DNA of 40,209 bases from Bacteroidota bacterium (lineage in GTDB: Bacteria > Bacteroidota > Bacteroidia > Cytophagales > Spirosomataceae). The DNA lies in assembly GCA_041180785.1 (NCBI GenBank), contig JBEGQV010000087.1, positions 1 through 40,209 on the forward strand. The letters run 5' to 3'. A model generated the notes under the pieces. The model saw nothing but the letters and a program-made list of their open reading frames with translations. It did no database searches and was not told where the DNA came from. Shown here in pieces: positions 1-10,018 of the stretch (its first letter is position 1; each line of letters opens with the position of its first letter). The position numbers and the translations under genes were made by a program.

Positions 1-2536
1 GTAATTGTATGTTGTTCGTTTTTGGATTTTTGATGGAAGGGACGGTGAAGGAAAAGTTTGGTGATGAAACGTTTAAATTCCTTTGGTAAATTAATTTTCC
101 CGCTTGTTGGTAGTTGAAAGGTGGACTTTTTGTACCTAAAGTCTGAATGGTTTCTTCTCCCCTATAGATTTGAAATATACCGCTTATTGGATCTGGTTGT
201 TTGGATAGGATTTGTATGGTATTTTCTGTTCCCCAGAGGAACGTTGATGCCATGATGCTGTTTGTTTGCATTGTCCATGGTAGCGGTGAACTTGGATCTC
301 CCAACAGAATTATATTTCTATTTCCAATACCGTTGGCATCTTTGTTTTTTACTTGTCTAACCAAATCGCCCAATCGAAATGATTTATCCTGAAGGTTGTC
401 ACCAAGTAGGGTATAGAAATTTTTTCCAAATAGGTAGTTGTTACTTTGAAAGACTGGCCTTGATGTGCCGATCACTGCTTGTGCACCACCCGTGCTAGAA
501 CAAATTAATGCCTCTGCTCCTGAGAGAATAAATGGGTTGTCGAATTTTGCAAATTGACAGGTAGCCGTTAAGAGCATGGGTAAATTGTTGTTGTTTTTTA
601 GCTGAACGATGTCGTTGATGGTAAATATTTTCTCATCTGTCCAGCCGCTCTCAGAACCATGGCCCATGAAATGAATGAAACCGGCATCTTGCTGAAAGGC
701 TTTGATGATTTGTTGGTTAGCGGCCGGACTCGTATAACTTCCATTGGTGATTTTCATGGGAAATGCATCCACATAAATCTTTTGCCGCTGTATTTGAGGT
801 GCTTTATCTTTCAAAAGCCTATTAAAATCTTCTGAATCGAGGAGATGGATATTGGAATCTTCGTCGTCGGCAACAAAGGTAAAATTTGTATTTTTTTTAG
901 TTGTTTTTTGTGCTTGAATGATTTTGTTAACCAAGAGGTCTGCTTCACTTGGTGATTTTGCAGGTAATCGACCGATTGACAAATCGATCGTAAAATTTTG
1001 TGGATGAAGTGGGTTGTCCCAGGAACCATTGATGTCAGTCAAAATGCCTAAATAATCATCACTTGCATAAGAAGCGAGAGGGTAAAGGGATTCTTGACTC
1101 TCGTAGGTTGGTATTCTTAGCGTATTTTTTTCAAGGGAATTTAATGAATTATTCCCTTTGTGATCCACACTGGCATCGCTAAGTAACAATACATAAGACA
1201 AAGGGGTTGATTTGTATTTTTTCTGAAAATAGATAAATGATTTTATGGCCGGTAAGCTTAGTTTTCCGGCAGCGTATTCATTCAAAATATCTTCCAAATA
1301 ACGAACTTCAGTGGGAAGTGAAGTGCTATTTTTGTAGGACGCTAATTGACTTGCAGCGTGCTGATAGGCCTTTGGACTTATGATCAATAATTTCGTTTGA
1401 TTGTTTAAGTTGTTGTTGAAAGGTGCAATTTTTTGAACAAAAATTGGCTCAAAAGCCAATTTAGAATCAGCCAGCAACAGCTGGCTGTTGTAAACAGGAT
1501 CCATTTGAAATTTTCCATTTTGTAATTTCATCAAGTCGAAGGTTGATGTTAAGGGATGGAAAATCCATGATTGTGTTTCGGGCAATGCATCTTCAATCAA
1601 TAAATTTTTGGCTGGTTTTGATTGAAATTCTTTGGGCCAGGTATACCAAGAATTATTTGCTGTGGTGAATAATTTTCTTGGATAAATGAAGCTAGTTTTT
1701 CCGATGTTGGCTGATCCGACTTTGGAAGAAAATTGAAATTCAACCGGAAACGTTATACAGGTGTTGGGTAGATTAAATCGAGTTATAAATGCTTTTGAAA
1801 CAGCCTTTCTGTCATAACGATCCCCAGAAATTGCTTCAAAAGTAAAATTCTGGGAGTAATTTGAGCTAGTAACTTGAATGGATGATTCTTGAATGGATGA
1901 GGCAAACAAGGTCGATTTTAAAATTGCATTTTCAGTAGGAAGGGCGTCTTTACAAGGAAACGTGAAACTTTTTTTTTCACCCGTATAGATTGGTTCTGAA
2001 ACCCATAATCGTCCAGATTGTAAAAAATTATATTTTTCTTCTGCTATATCAATTTGTTGATAATAAAAATTTTGCGTACTCCCTTGTACATTGCTCTCTT
2101 TTGGAATTGCCAGCAGACTGCTTTCCGCCTCCAAATTTATGAGACAAAAGGTTGAATCCGAATAGATGGTTGGATTTGATTTAACGGGGAAAAAGATTTT
2201 ATCAGTAGGATCAAATTGCTGATCTTCAAATCCAACGGGAAAAATAGGAGTTCGGGTTAGGCTTCTAGTCGCTAAGGTGTCTATTTTGTGATCAAGGCTG
2301 TCGGTCAGATCGTTTGTGTATTGATAAATGGCAATTTTTTGGATACTGATTTCTGTTGGGGAAAGTTTATTGTTTCTAAACCAATCATAGGTTAGCACTT
2401 GTAATCCTTCTTTGGGAACATATACTTTTATCCAAATTCCTTTTGAAAAGTCTTGTGCATGCAGGTTGTGATGAAAGCCAATGAAGCTTATCAAAAATAA
2501 CCATACATTATACCATCGGCTTTTCCGGAAATACAT
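1..2536 (-). CDS. porU: C25 family (gingipain-like) cysteine peptidase, PorU-like type IX secretion sortase; runs off the window start
   Basis: Hand translation of parts of the frame (absent from the ORF track): signal peptide MYFRKSRWYNVWLFLISFIGFHHNLHA, then QDFSKGIWIKVYVPKEG. Catalytic region FMGHGSESGWTDEKIF...LPMLLTATCQFAKFDNP (~540-690) has the His-Cys dyad typical of PorU/C25. Confidence 0.8.
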   Translation of the reverse strand, partial: MYFRKSRWYNVWLFLISFIGFHHNLHAQDFSKGIWIKVYVPKEGLQVLTYDWFRNNKLSPTEISIQKIAIYQYTNDLTDSLDHKIDTLATRSLTRTPIFPVGFEDQQFDPTDKIFFPVKSNPTIYSDSTFCLINLEAESSLLAIPKESNVQGSTQNFYYQQIDIAEEKYNFLQSGRLWVSEPIYTGEKKSFTFPCKDALPTENAILKSTLFASSIQESSIQVTSSNYSQNFTFEAISGDRYDRKAVSKAFITRFNLPNTCITFPVEFQFSSKVGSANIGKTSFIYPRKLFTTANNSWYTWPKEFQSKPAKNLLIEDALPETQSWIFHPLTSTFDLMKLQNGKFQMDPVYNSQLLLADSKLAFEPIFVQKIAPFNNNLNNQTKLLIISPKAYQHAASQLASYKNSTSLPTEVRYLEDILNEYAAGKLSLPAIKSFIYFQKKYKSTPLSYVLLLSDASVDHKGNNSLNSLEKNTLRIPTYESQESLYPLASYASDDYLGILTDINGSWDNPLHPQNFTIDLSIGRLPAKSPSEADLLVNKIIQAQKTTKKNTNFTFVADDEDSNIHLLDSEDFNRLLKDKAPQIQRQKIYVDAFPMKITNGSYTSPAANQQIIKAFQQDAGFIHFMGHGSESGWTDEKIFTINDIVQLKNNNNLPMLLTATCQFAKFDNPFILSGAEALICSSTGGAQAVIGTSRPVFQSNNYLFGKNFYTLLGDNLQDKSFRLGDLVRQVKNKDANGIGNRNIILLGDPSSPLPWTMQTNSIMASTFLWGTENTIQILSKQPDPISGIFQIYRGEETIQTLGTKSPPFNYQQAGKLIYQRNLNVSSPNFSFTVPSIKNPKTNNIQL

Positions 2537-3122
2537 GTGCATTTTTAGAGACAAGGTATTTTTTGCCTGAGATTGGGTCCACACAAAAATAACGAGTTCT
2601 ATTAAGTTTTTGTTTGATTAGTCGGAGGTTTTTAATGGTAAAGCTTGAATTTTCAGGTAAATCTTTTAGCAAGACAGTTGAACTTGAAGGATCATAGGTT
2701 TTTAAAATTTCCACTAACGGGGCGTAAGATGCGGAAGATGCGGATGGATTTTTTAAATAATTCGTTAAGACAAGGATTAATTCCTTAGGTAATAATGCAT
2801 CATCTAAAATGGGATCAAATAATTCCTTAAAATTATTTTTCCATTCCATTCCATGTGGGAGTACCTTGTTTTTATGTTGCAAGAAGGTGATTAAATGGGC
2901 GACTTCATGTAGATAGGTGACAAGGAAGGCAAATGGGTTTAAATTGTGATTAACGGTTATCGTATGTCCTGTGGAAGGGTGATATCGGTAATCACCATAT
3001 TTGGAATGCCTGGATTTACTTACGATGAACTTAAAGGAATGTTCATCCCAAAGTTGAAAGCAGTATTCCGCAACTGATTTGGGGAAATGGTCAAAAAAGG
3101 AATGAATTACGTTACTTTTCAT
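2508..3122 (-). CDS. SprT-like zinc metalloprotease domain protein
   Basis: HEVAH (HExxH) plus PHGMEWK motif; N-terminal RHSKYGDYR typical of Bacteroidota SprT-like proteins. Confidence 0.85.
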   Translation of the reverse strand: MKSNVIHSFFDHFPKSVAEYCFQLWDEHSFKFIVSKSRHSKYGDYRYHPSTGHTITVNHNLNPFAFLVTYLHEVAHLITFLQHKNKVLPHGMEWKNNFKELFDPILDDALLPKELILVLTNYLKNPSASSASYAPLVEILKTYDPSSSTVLLKDLPENSSFTIKNLRLIKQKLNRTRYFCVDPISGKKYLVSKNAHVFPEKPMV

Positions 3123-3129
3123 AGGGCAT

Positions 3130-3162
3130 AAAAAAAGTCCTTCGTAACCGAAGGACCTTTTT
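3130..3162 (-). terminator. Intrinsic terminator of the small lipoprotein gene
   Basis: Minus strand GTCCTTCG-GTTA-CGAAGGAC followed by T7. Confidence 0.8.
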
Positions 3163-3179
3163 CTCGAATTCGTAATGAA

Positions 3180-3350
3180 TTACTTAGCAGCAGCAGTATC
3201 AGCAGCAGCAGTATCAGCAGCAGCAGTATCAACAGCAGCAGCTGCAGTATCAACAGCTACAGTATCAGCAGCAGCTTCAGTTTTCTTCTCACCACAAGAA
3301 GCTAAAGTAACCATTCCAGCAACGAATGCTAAAGCGAATAATTTTTTCAT
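3180..3350 (-). CDS. Small (56 aa) Ala-rich lipoprotein with DTAAA repeats
   Basis: Hand translation: MKKLFALAFVAGMVTLASC-GEKKTEAAADTVAVDTAAAAVDTAAADTAAADTAAAK. Lipobox LASC, own terminator, codon usage typical of high expression. Confidence 0.9.
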   Translation of the reverse strand: MKKLFALAFVAGMVTLASCGEKKTEAAADTVAVDTAAAAVDTAAADTAAADTAAAK

Positions 3351-3411
3351 TTTTGTAATATTTTAAGGTTTGAGCCACAAAACTATAACAATAATTAATA
3401 CGACGCAATTA

Positions 3412-3464
3412 TTTTTAAGAAATTTTTAAGATTTTTTTAAGAATTGACTAATTTTTCTTAAAAA
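3412..3464. promoter_or_regulatory. Three TTTTTAAGA direct repeats at 11-bp period plus one inverted copy; candidate response-regulator site
   Basis: Copies at 3412, 3423 and 3434; inverted TCTTAAAAA at 3456-3464; upstream of the lipoprotein gene. Confidence 0.4.
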
Positions 3465-3474
3465 CTGGCTTAAT

Positions 3475-3969
3475 TTATTTTATTAAGGCCTTAAATCGAT
3501 CATAAAATCCACTACTTTTAAAAGTAAAGGTTTTATGTAAAATATAATTTGATAAAAAACTAAAACCCATCCCGACAATCGTGGAGCTTGTTTGGGAAAT
3601 GTTTACTTTTTTTCTTGAAAGAGGAATGTGAAATAGAAGATCCGATTCAAATTTGTTCAAAATAGAATAAGTTGCCACGCTAAAAAACCAAGTGACAAAT
3701 CCTGAGAACATAGCAACCATTAAAAACTTGATCATTTCTCTTTTGGTTTTATTGGAATTTCTTGCGTCGAAAGCGAAGAGTTTAGTCAAAATAAAACCTA
3801 CTACCAAGGCGATTAAATAAGCCGGAAAAATGGATTTTTCGTAGGACAATGCGAACCAGTCTTTTAGTAGAGACCCACTAACTAATTGAACAATTGCACC
3901 CGTACCAGCCACTAAAAAGTATGCCCAGAGATCTTTTTTGTTAAATACGTTTGTGGAGGTTGCTGTCAA
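3475..3969 (-). CDS. GtrA family membrane protein
   Basis: About 4 TM segments, YFLVAGTG, FILTKLFAF, NYILHKTFTF pattern; TTG start 2 nt after the nuoN stop. Confidence 0.8.
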   Translation of the reverse strand: MTATSTNVFNKKDLWAYFLVAGTGAIVQLVSGSLLKDWFALSYEKSIFPAYLIALVVGFILTKLFAFDARNSNKTKREMIKFLMVAMFSGFVTWFFSVATYSILNKFESDLLFHIPLSRKKVNISQTSSTIVGMGFSFLSNYILHKTFTFKSSGFYDRFKALIK

Positions 3970-3971
3970 AA

Positions 3972-5369
3972 TTAGAAGATTGATTTAACTAAATTAGGGT
4001 AGATACCAAGCACTAATGTGCTAATACAAGCAAACCATAAGGCAATTTTAAAAAGTACTGGTGTGTGTATTTTTTCAATACTCCCACTATTAAAATATAC
4101 TGATGTGATTCCTTTGAAATAATAATAAATACCAACAGCAGACATTAATACTGCGATGATGATTGGATAGGTTAGGTTTTTGTTAAACATATCATTGAAG
4201 ACAAAAAACTTTCCCCAAAATCCAGCGGTTAATGGGATTCCTGCCAGGGATAAAATAGCTATTGTAAAGGCGAAAGCTAAATCTGGATTGTTTTTAGCTA
4301 AGCCATTTAGTGCATTAAAGCTTTCGGGTTGTTCATTTCTTCCTCTTTGATAATCTGCCACCACCATGATGACAGCAAACGATACCGCAGTTGCTAAGGT
4401 ATAGGCAAGGCTATAATATAAAATATTGGAGGAAGTCGAAGGTTGGTTAGCGCAAACTGTTAACAACATATAACCTGCATGGGAAATACTTGAAAAAGCC
4501 AACATTCTTTTCGCACTTTGTTGATATACTGCAGAGATATTTCCAATAATTAAGGTGATTACCGTGATGAAATAAACAACGATAATCCAATTTTTTTGTA
4601 GTCCACCAAACATCATATCTAAGATGTGATAAATCGCAGCGAATCCAGCCGTTTTAACGACAGTCGACATAAACATGGTGAATATCGTAGGTGCTCCTTC
4701 GTACACATCGGGTGTCCAGAAGTGGAAAGGCGCTGCAGAAATCTTAAACAATAAACCTATGGCCATTAGAATGACACCAGCATATAAAAAACTTGGCAAA
4801 GATTCAGGTGCAGTATGGCTTAACGAATACATGATTCCTGCAACATATAATGATCGGGTTGAACCATAGATGAGTGCAATGCCGAAAAGTAAAAATCCTG
4901 TAGCAAAAGAACCCATTAAAAAGTATTTTAATGCAGCTTCATTGGAGCGCAAGTTTCTTTTGTCGGAACCCGTAAGAACATACATGGCAACCGAAAGAAT
5001 TTCTAAGCCAACAAAAAGCATGATTAAATTTTCAAAAGATACCATTAAGATGGCTCCAACTAATGAGAACAATAAAATGGCATAGTATTCAGCTGGCTGG
5101 GTATAGACTTCATCCTTTCCAAATCCATTGGAAAAGGCAACGACTAATAATCCGGCTAATTGAATGATTAGGCTAAAATTAATCGACAAATTGTTGGTCT
5201 TAAACATATTGCCAAACCATACATATTCATGGTTCCAATCCATGGCAGTTAGCGCCATACTTACCATGATAAAGAGTAAAGTAACAACTTGAAGGCTTTG
5301 GCGTTTAAACGAAAAACCTAAAAATAAATTAACAATGCCGAATAGAGATAATGCGATTACGGGCGTCAT
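3972..5369 (-). CDS. nuoN: NADH-quinone oxidoreductase subunit N
   Basis: EAALKYFLMGS, FKISAAPFHFWTPDVYEGAP, KRMLAFSSISHAGY; position after nuoM. Confidence 0.97.
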   Translation of the reverse strand: MTPVIALSLFGIVNLFLGFSFKRQSLQVVTLLFIMVSMALTAMDWNHEYVWFGNMFKTNNLSINFSLIIQLAGLLVVAFSNGFGKDEVYTQPAEYYAILLFSLVGAILMVSFENLIMLFVGLEILSVAMYVLTGSDKRNLRSNEAALKYFLMGSFATGFLLFGIALIYGSTRSLYVAGIMYSLSHTAPESLPSFLYAGVILMAIGLLFKISAAPFHFWTPDVYEGAPTIFTMFMSTVVKTAGFAAIYHILDMMFGGLQKNWIIVVYFITVITLIIGNISAVYQQSAKRMLAFSSISHAGYMLLTVCANQPSTSSNILYYSLAYTLATAVSFAVIMVVADYQRGRNEQPESFNALNGLAKNNPDLAFAFTIAILSLAGIPLTAGFWGKFFVFNDMFNKNLTYPIIIAVLMSAVGIYYYFKGITSVYFNSGSIEKIHTPVLFKIALWFACISTLVLGIYPNLVKSIF

Positions 5370-5380
5370 ATGTTCTTTTT

Positions 5381-6832
5381 TTACTTAATCCACTTAGATA
5401 AAAGATCAACCGCAGGTTGACTATAATTTAAAATTACCGAAGGAACAATTCCCCCTACAATCACTAAAATACTTAGTGGAATAATGACTAATTTTTCACA
5501 AATCGTTAAATCTTCAAAGTTGGATGTTACTTTTGAAGCATTTCCGAAGATTGATTTTTGGATCATGCGTAAGGTATATACGGCACCTAAAATAATGGTA
5601 ATACCAGCAATGATACCAATGGTGATATCATAATCAAATACACTTTTTAATAATAAAAATTCACCAACAAAACCATTTGTTAATGGAAGTGCGACGGAAC
5701 CTAAACTCAATACAATGAGTCCGACTGTTAAGAAATAGGACGATTGGGTGATCCCACCTAATTGTGCTAATTCTCTTGTTTTCGTTCTTCTTTCAATGAC
5801 TTCAACAATAAAGAATAATCCAACAATATTGATCCCATGAGATAACATTTGGTATAAAGCGCCTTGTATTCCTTCTGGTGATAAAGTTAACATCCCTGCC
5901 GACATCAATCCAACGTGAGCAAAAGAAGAATAAGCTAATAAACGTTTCATGTCTTTTTGTTGGATGGCAATGATAGAACCATATAATACGCCAACCACTG
6001 AAAGGATGATCACAATTCCACCCCAATTTGCAATTCCAACCGGGAACATGGGAACAATCATTCGAATGACGCCATATGTACCCATTTTTAACATGATGCC
6101 AGAAAGCATCATTGTACCTTGCGCAGGTGCTACCGTATAGGTATCAGGTTGCCAAGTATGAAAAGGGAACATGGGCATTTTAATTGCAAAAGCTACAAAA
6201 AATGCTAAAAATAAGAGACTTTGTTCCTTAATACTTAAAATAGATGCAGTTTGGTAAAGTGTTTCAAAATCTGCTGATGGAATTTCACCTGGAGTTCTTA
6301 AATACACATAAATCAATCCGATTAATAAAAACAGGGACCCAAATAACGTGTAAACAAAGAATTTAAAGGAAATTGGATTTCTATTTTCTCCACCGTATAA
6401 ATTGATGATAAAATAGATCGGAAGTAAAGAGGCCTCAAAAAAGAAATAAAATAAGAAGGCATCCTTGGCCATAAATGCACCAAGCATGGCTGCTTGCATG
6501 GTTAAAATCAAACCTAAATATCTCGCATCAGCTGATTTTTCTGAATTTGATGTTGTGCCAATGATGAAGGGAACCAATAAAGTACTTAAAAGGATAAGTA
6601 CGCCATTGATACCATCAATGAATAAAGCAAACTTTAATCCTGCTTCCGGAATCCATGGCTGAATAAATTCAGTTACACCTGTTGCTTCTTTAGCTTGACA
6701 AAGTAACAAGACGGCTACAATTAGTTCTACGATAGAGCCCCCTAATGCAAGACTAAATGCTTTCGCAGGCTTTGCAATCAGTAGAAAACTGCCAAGCAAC
6801 AAGGGAAATAAAAGTACAAATAATAAATACAT
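5381..6832 (-). CDS. nuoM: NADH-quinone oxidoreductase subunit M
   Basis: FAIKMPMFPFHTWQPDTY, LKMGTYG, KRLLAYSSFAHVG. Confidence 0.97.
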   Translation of the reverse strand: MYLLFVLLFPLLLGSFLLIAKPAKAFSLALGGSIVELIVAVLLLCQAKEATGVTEFIQPWIPEAGLKFALFIDGINGVLILLSTLLVPFIIGTTSNSEKSADARYLGLILTMQAAMLGAFMAKDAFLFYFFFEASLLPIYFIINLYGGENRNPISFKFFVYTLFGSLFLLIGLIYVYLRTPGEIPSADFETLYQTASILSIKEQSLLFLAFFVAFAIKMPMFPFHTWQPDTYTVAPAQGTMMLSGIMLKMGTYGVIRMIVPMFPVGIANWGGIVIILSVVGVLYGSIIAIQQKDMKRLLAYSSFAHVGLMSAGMLTLSPEGIQGALYQMLSHGINIVGLFFIVEVIERRTKTRELAQLGGITQSSYFLTVGLIVLSLGSVALPLTNGFVGEFLLLKSVFDYDITIGIIAGITIILGAVYTLRMIQKSIFGNASKVTSNFEDLTICEKLVIIPLSILVIVGGIVPSVILNYSQPAVDLLSKWIK

Positions 6833-6852
6833 TCCTTTTTAATTTCGTTTAG

Positions 6853-8733
6853 TTAAAACATCCAACTTTTTAGCGTCCATGCTAAAATAATAGCAATCGA
6901 CACAACCATCATAAATACGTAAAATCCGATTGTTCCAGCTTGGATTTTTCTAATTTCATTTGAACTACTTTTTACAATTTTTCCAACAGTTTCTACCAAT
7001 AAATCAATCACTAAGAAATCGACAAATTGATAAAAGAAAGATGATAAAAAGTTAACAGGTTTTACAAATAGGAAATTATAGGCTTCATCAATGTAAAATT
7101 TGTCGTAAATGATTTTTTGTACACCACTAATTTCTGCATCTGCAACTGGTACTGATTTTTTCGAGCCATATATTTGAATGGCAATAATTGCAGGAATAAA
7201 TGCTGCAGCCAAGGGAGCTAAAAACTCTAGACTAGCAACATGTACTTCTAATGCTTCAGCAGATCCCTCTGGTAAAATTGGACTCAACCAGTGAGCTAAA
7301 AATTCATTTCCACCCACAAAAGCTGGTAAATTGATGAATCCTCCTATGACGGATAAAACAGCCAAAATGATTAATGGCAAGGTCATGGCAATCGGCGATT
7401 CATGCAAATGATCTGCTTGGTGTTCGGTTCCACGAAAATCTCCATGGAATGTCACTAAAAATACACGGAACATGTAAAAGGATGTCAATGCGGATCCAAC
7501 GATTGCTAAGCTCCACATAATCATGTCATGATGATATAAATGGGCCAATATTTCATCTTTTGAAAAGAAACCAGCAAATGGAGGAATACCTGCAATCGCA
7601 ATTGTTCCTAATAAAAAGGTGATATAGGTGATAGGTAATTTGGATTTTAATCCTCCCATTTTACGAATATCTTGCTCATCAGACATGGCATGAATCACGG
7701 ATCCTGCACCTAAAAATAACAGGGCCTTAAAGAATGCATGGGTCATTACATGAAAGAAAGATGCTGTATAAGCAGAAGCTCCTAAACCCATAAACATATA
7801 CCCTAATTGCGATACAGTTGAATAGGCAAGTACTTTTTTAATGTCATTTTGGAACAATCCGATGGCAGCACCTAATATTGCGGTAGCCAAACCAATCCAA
7901 CCGATGAAATGTAAAACCTCTGGACTTAATTCAAATAAAGTATTTGCACGAATCACCATGTAAATACCCGCAGTAACCATCGTAGCTGCGTGAATTAAAG
8001 CGGAAACAGGTGTTGGGCCAGCCATTGCATCTGGTAGCCAAGTAAACAATGGAATTTGTGCTGACTTACCCATTGCACCAATGAATAAACAAAAGGCGAT
8101 TAGTCCTACATTAGTACCAGATCCAGCTTTAATGGCTTCAAATACTTCTTGATACGAAGCAGTTCCAAACTCTTGAAAAATTAAAAAGATACCAATTAAA
8201 AAACCTAAATCACCAATTCTATTCATGATGAACGCTTTTCGTGCAGCATCACCATAACTGTTTTTCTGATTCCAAAATCCAATTAATAAATACGAACATA
8301 ATCCAACGCCTTCCCATCCGATAAACAAGGTGACAAATCCGGAACCCATTACCAGAATCAACATGAAAAACACGAAAAGATTTAAAAAGGCAAAAAATTT
8401 GCCAAATCCTGCATCATGCGACATGTAAGCGCTAGAATATAAATGAATCAAGGTTCCTACCCCTGTAATGATCAATAGCATCATGATCGATAGTTGATCA
8501 ATTTGAAGTGCTAAAGGAATGGATAATTCGCCCACTTGAATCCAATCTGCGATTGGAATAAGTTGTGCATTTCCATCAAAATTGAAGAAAAGTTGTAGGG
8601 ATAAAGCAAACGCAGCCAGCGGAGGAATACTTCCAATCACCCCAGCAATTTGTTTCGGTAACTTAGGAAATGCCAATCCATTTATTAGAAATCCAATAAA
8701 TGGCAAAAGCGGTATGAGTAGTGCGGATGACAT
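6853..8733 (-). CDS. nuoL: NADH-quinone oxidoreductase subunit L
   Basis: GKSAQIPLFTWLPDAMAGPTPVSALIHAATMV, THAFFKALLFL. Confidence 0.98.
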   Translation of the reverse strand: MSSALLIPLLPFIGFLINGLAFPKLPKQIAGVIGSIPPLAAFALSLQLFFNFDGNAQLIPIADWIQVGELSIPLALQIDQLSIMMLLIITGVGTLIHLYSSAYMSHDAGFGKFFAFLNLFVFFMLILVMGSGFVTLFIGWEGVGLCSYLLIGFWNQKNSYGDAARKAFIMNRIGDLGFLIGIFLIFQEFGTASYQEVFEAIKAGSGTNVGLIAFCLFIGAMGKSAQIPLFTWLPDAMAGPTPVSALIHAATMVTAGIYMVIRANTLFELSPEVLHFIGWIGLATAILGAAIGLFQNDIKKVLAYSTVSQLGYMFMGLGASAYTASFFHVMTHAFFKALLFLGAGSVIHAMSDEQDIRKMGGLKSKLPITYITFLLGTIAIAGIPPFAGFFSKDEILAHLYHHDMIMWSLAIVGSALTSFYMFRVFLVTFHGDFRGTEHQADHLHESPIAMTLPLIILAVLSVIGGFINLPAFVGGNEFLAHWLSPILPEGSAEALEVHVASLEFLAPLAAAFIPAIIAIQIYGSKKSVPVADAEISGVQKIIYDKFYIDEAYNFLFVKPVNFLSSFFYQFVDFLVIDLLVETVGKIVKSSSNEIRKIQAGTIGFYVFMMVVSIAIILAWTLKSWMF

Positions 8734-8734
8734 A

Positions 8735-9064
8735 TTAATTTTTTAACTTATTTAACAAGCCTATATCGATTGTTTGAATGTTTCGGTAAATCATCACTAT
8801 AATGGCTAGTCCCACAGCTACTTCTGCAGCAGCTACAGCCATGATGAAAAATACAAAAATTTGACCGGCTGGGTCTGAAAAGTAAGATGAGAATGCAGCC
8901 AGTAATAAATTTACAGCATTCAACATCAATTCAATGGCCATAAATACAATAATGGCATTACGTCTGGTCAATACGCCTAACACACCAATGCAAAACAAAG
9001 CAGAACTTAGTAATACGTAATGAGTTAAAGGTATGGTTCTAATTATATCAGGTATAGACTGCAT
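8735..9064 (-). CDS. nuoK: NADH-quinone oxidoreductase subunit K
   Basis: [31 protein letters not shown]. Confidence 0.97.
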   Translation of the reverse strand: MQSIPDIIRTIPLTHYVLLSSALFCIGVLGVLTRRNAIIVFMAIELMLNAVNLLLAAFSSYFSDPAGQIFVFFIMAVAAAEVAVGLAIIVMIYRNIQTIDIGLLNKLKN

Positions 9065-9121
9065 AAATCTGTCGGTTTCGATTTCAATTTATTTGAAATC
9101 ATTGAAAGCTTTTTTGCGTGG

Positions 9122-9129
9122 CAAAAATA
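9122..9129 (-). promoter_or_regulatory. Bacteroidota -7 promoter element for nuoKLMN-gtrA
   Basis: TATTTTTG matches TAnnTTTG, 57 nt upstream of nuoK. Confidence 0.6.
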
Positions 9130-9163
9130 CTAAATAAACTGAAAAAATCGAATAAAAAATCGA

Positions 9164-9973
9164 TTAACGTTGAAATCCCTTTAATTTAATTTCAGTTAAT
9201 TTTCTTTTGGTGTCAAGCGGAAACTCGCCTTTCATGATCCAATCATAATAGGAGGGGTCAGATCTTAACACATCAACCACCGGTCTTCCAAGATGTTTAC
9301 CAAAATTAAACACGGCCACTTGCTCTTTATTGTATACCATTCTACCCGCAAAATCAATTAAATTATTGGTAGTTAATTGACTTAAAACGCCCATATCATT
9401 TTGAATTGGGAATACTTCTTTTCCCTCTTCATTCAATCGAGAAACGTTTTCGTAATGTTTTACTTGGGCGTTTAATACTTCTAGTGTTGCTAACACATCT
9501 GCTTCAGCGGAGTGCGCATTGATTAATTCTTTCTGGCAGTAAAATTTATAGGCAGCAGATAAATTTCGAGGTTCCATTAAATGAAAGATCCGTTGGGCAT
9601 CAATCAATTTTCTGTTTTTTAAGTCAAATTCAACGTCATTTCTTAAAAATTCCTCAATGAGCATGGGCACATCAAATTTGTTTGAATTGAAACCTGCAAG
9701 GTCGCAACCGTCAAGAAATTGTGCCAATGATTTGGCAACTTGTCTAAAATTGGGTTCATCTTTTACATCTTCATCATATATTCCATGCACCAAGGAAGCC
9801 TCTAAGGGTATCGGAATGCCTGGATTAATGCGACGCGTCTTAACTTCAATACTTCCATCGATGTTGGCCTTTGCAATGGCTATTTCTACAATTCGATCTT
9901 TTTGAATTTGAATCCCTGTTGTTTCCAAATCAAAAAAAGCCAAGGGCTTTTTTAAATTTAATTGATGCTGCAT
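9164..9973 (-). CDS. DEDDh 3'-5' exonuclease (DnaQ/Pol III epsilon-like)
   Basis: FFDLETTG (ExoI), AGFNSNKFD (ExoII), AHSAEAD (ExoIII), C-terminal FNFGKH. Confidence 0.92.
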   Translation of the reverse strand: MQHQLNLKKPLAFFDLETTGIQIQKDRIVEIAIAKANIDGSIEVKTRRINPGIPIPLEASLVHGIYDEDVKDEPNFRQVAKSLAQFLDGCDLAGFNSNKFDVPMLIEEFLRNDVEFDLKNRKLIDAQRIFHLMEPRNLSAAYKFYCQKELINAHSAEADVLATLEVLNAQVKHYENVSRLNEEGKEVFPIQNDMGVLSQLTTNNLIDFAGRMVYNKEQVAVFNFGKHLGRPVVDVLRSDPSYYDWIMKGEFPLDTKRKLTEIKLKGFQR

Positions 9974-9989
9974 AATTTTAGGTTATTAA

Positions 9990-10014
9990 CAAAGGTAACT
10001 TATTATTACTTTTG
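9990..10014. promoter_or_regulatory. Divergent overlapping promoters (exonuclease / yjjG)
   Basis: TACCTTTG on the minus strand at 9990-9997; TACTTTTG on the plus strand at 10007-10014. Confidence 0.7.
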
Positions 10015-10018
10015 TTGT

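Noticed and set aside
201-1029. Short ORFs 201-392 and 811-1029 suggesting a largely non-coding first 2.5 kb
   Set aside because: The region is the PorU-like C25 gene, missed because its stop lies outside the window.
3175-3366. Plus-strand Ala-rich ORF and GCAGCAGCAGTATCA repeats
   Set aside because: Antisense shadow of the minus-strand lipoprotein. The repeats are coding and have no spacers, so this is not CRISPR.
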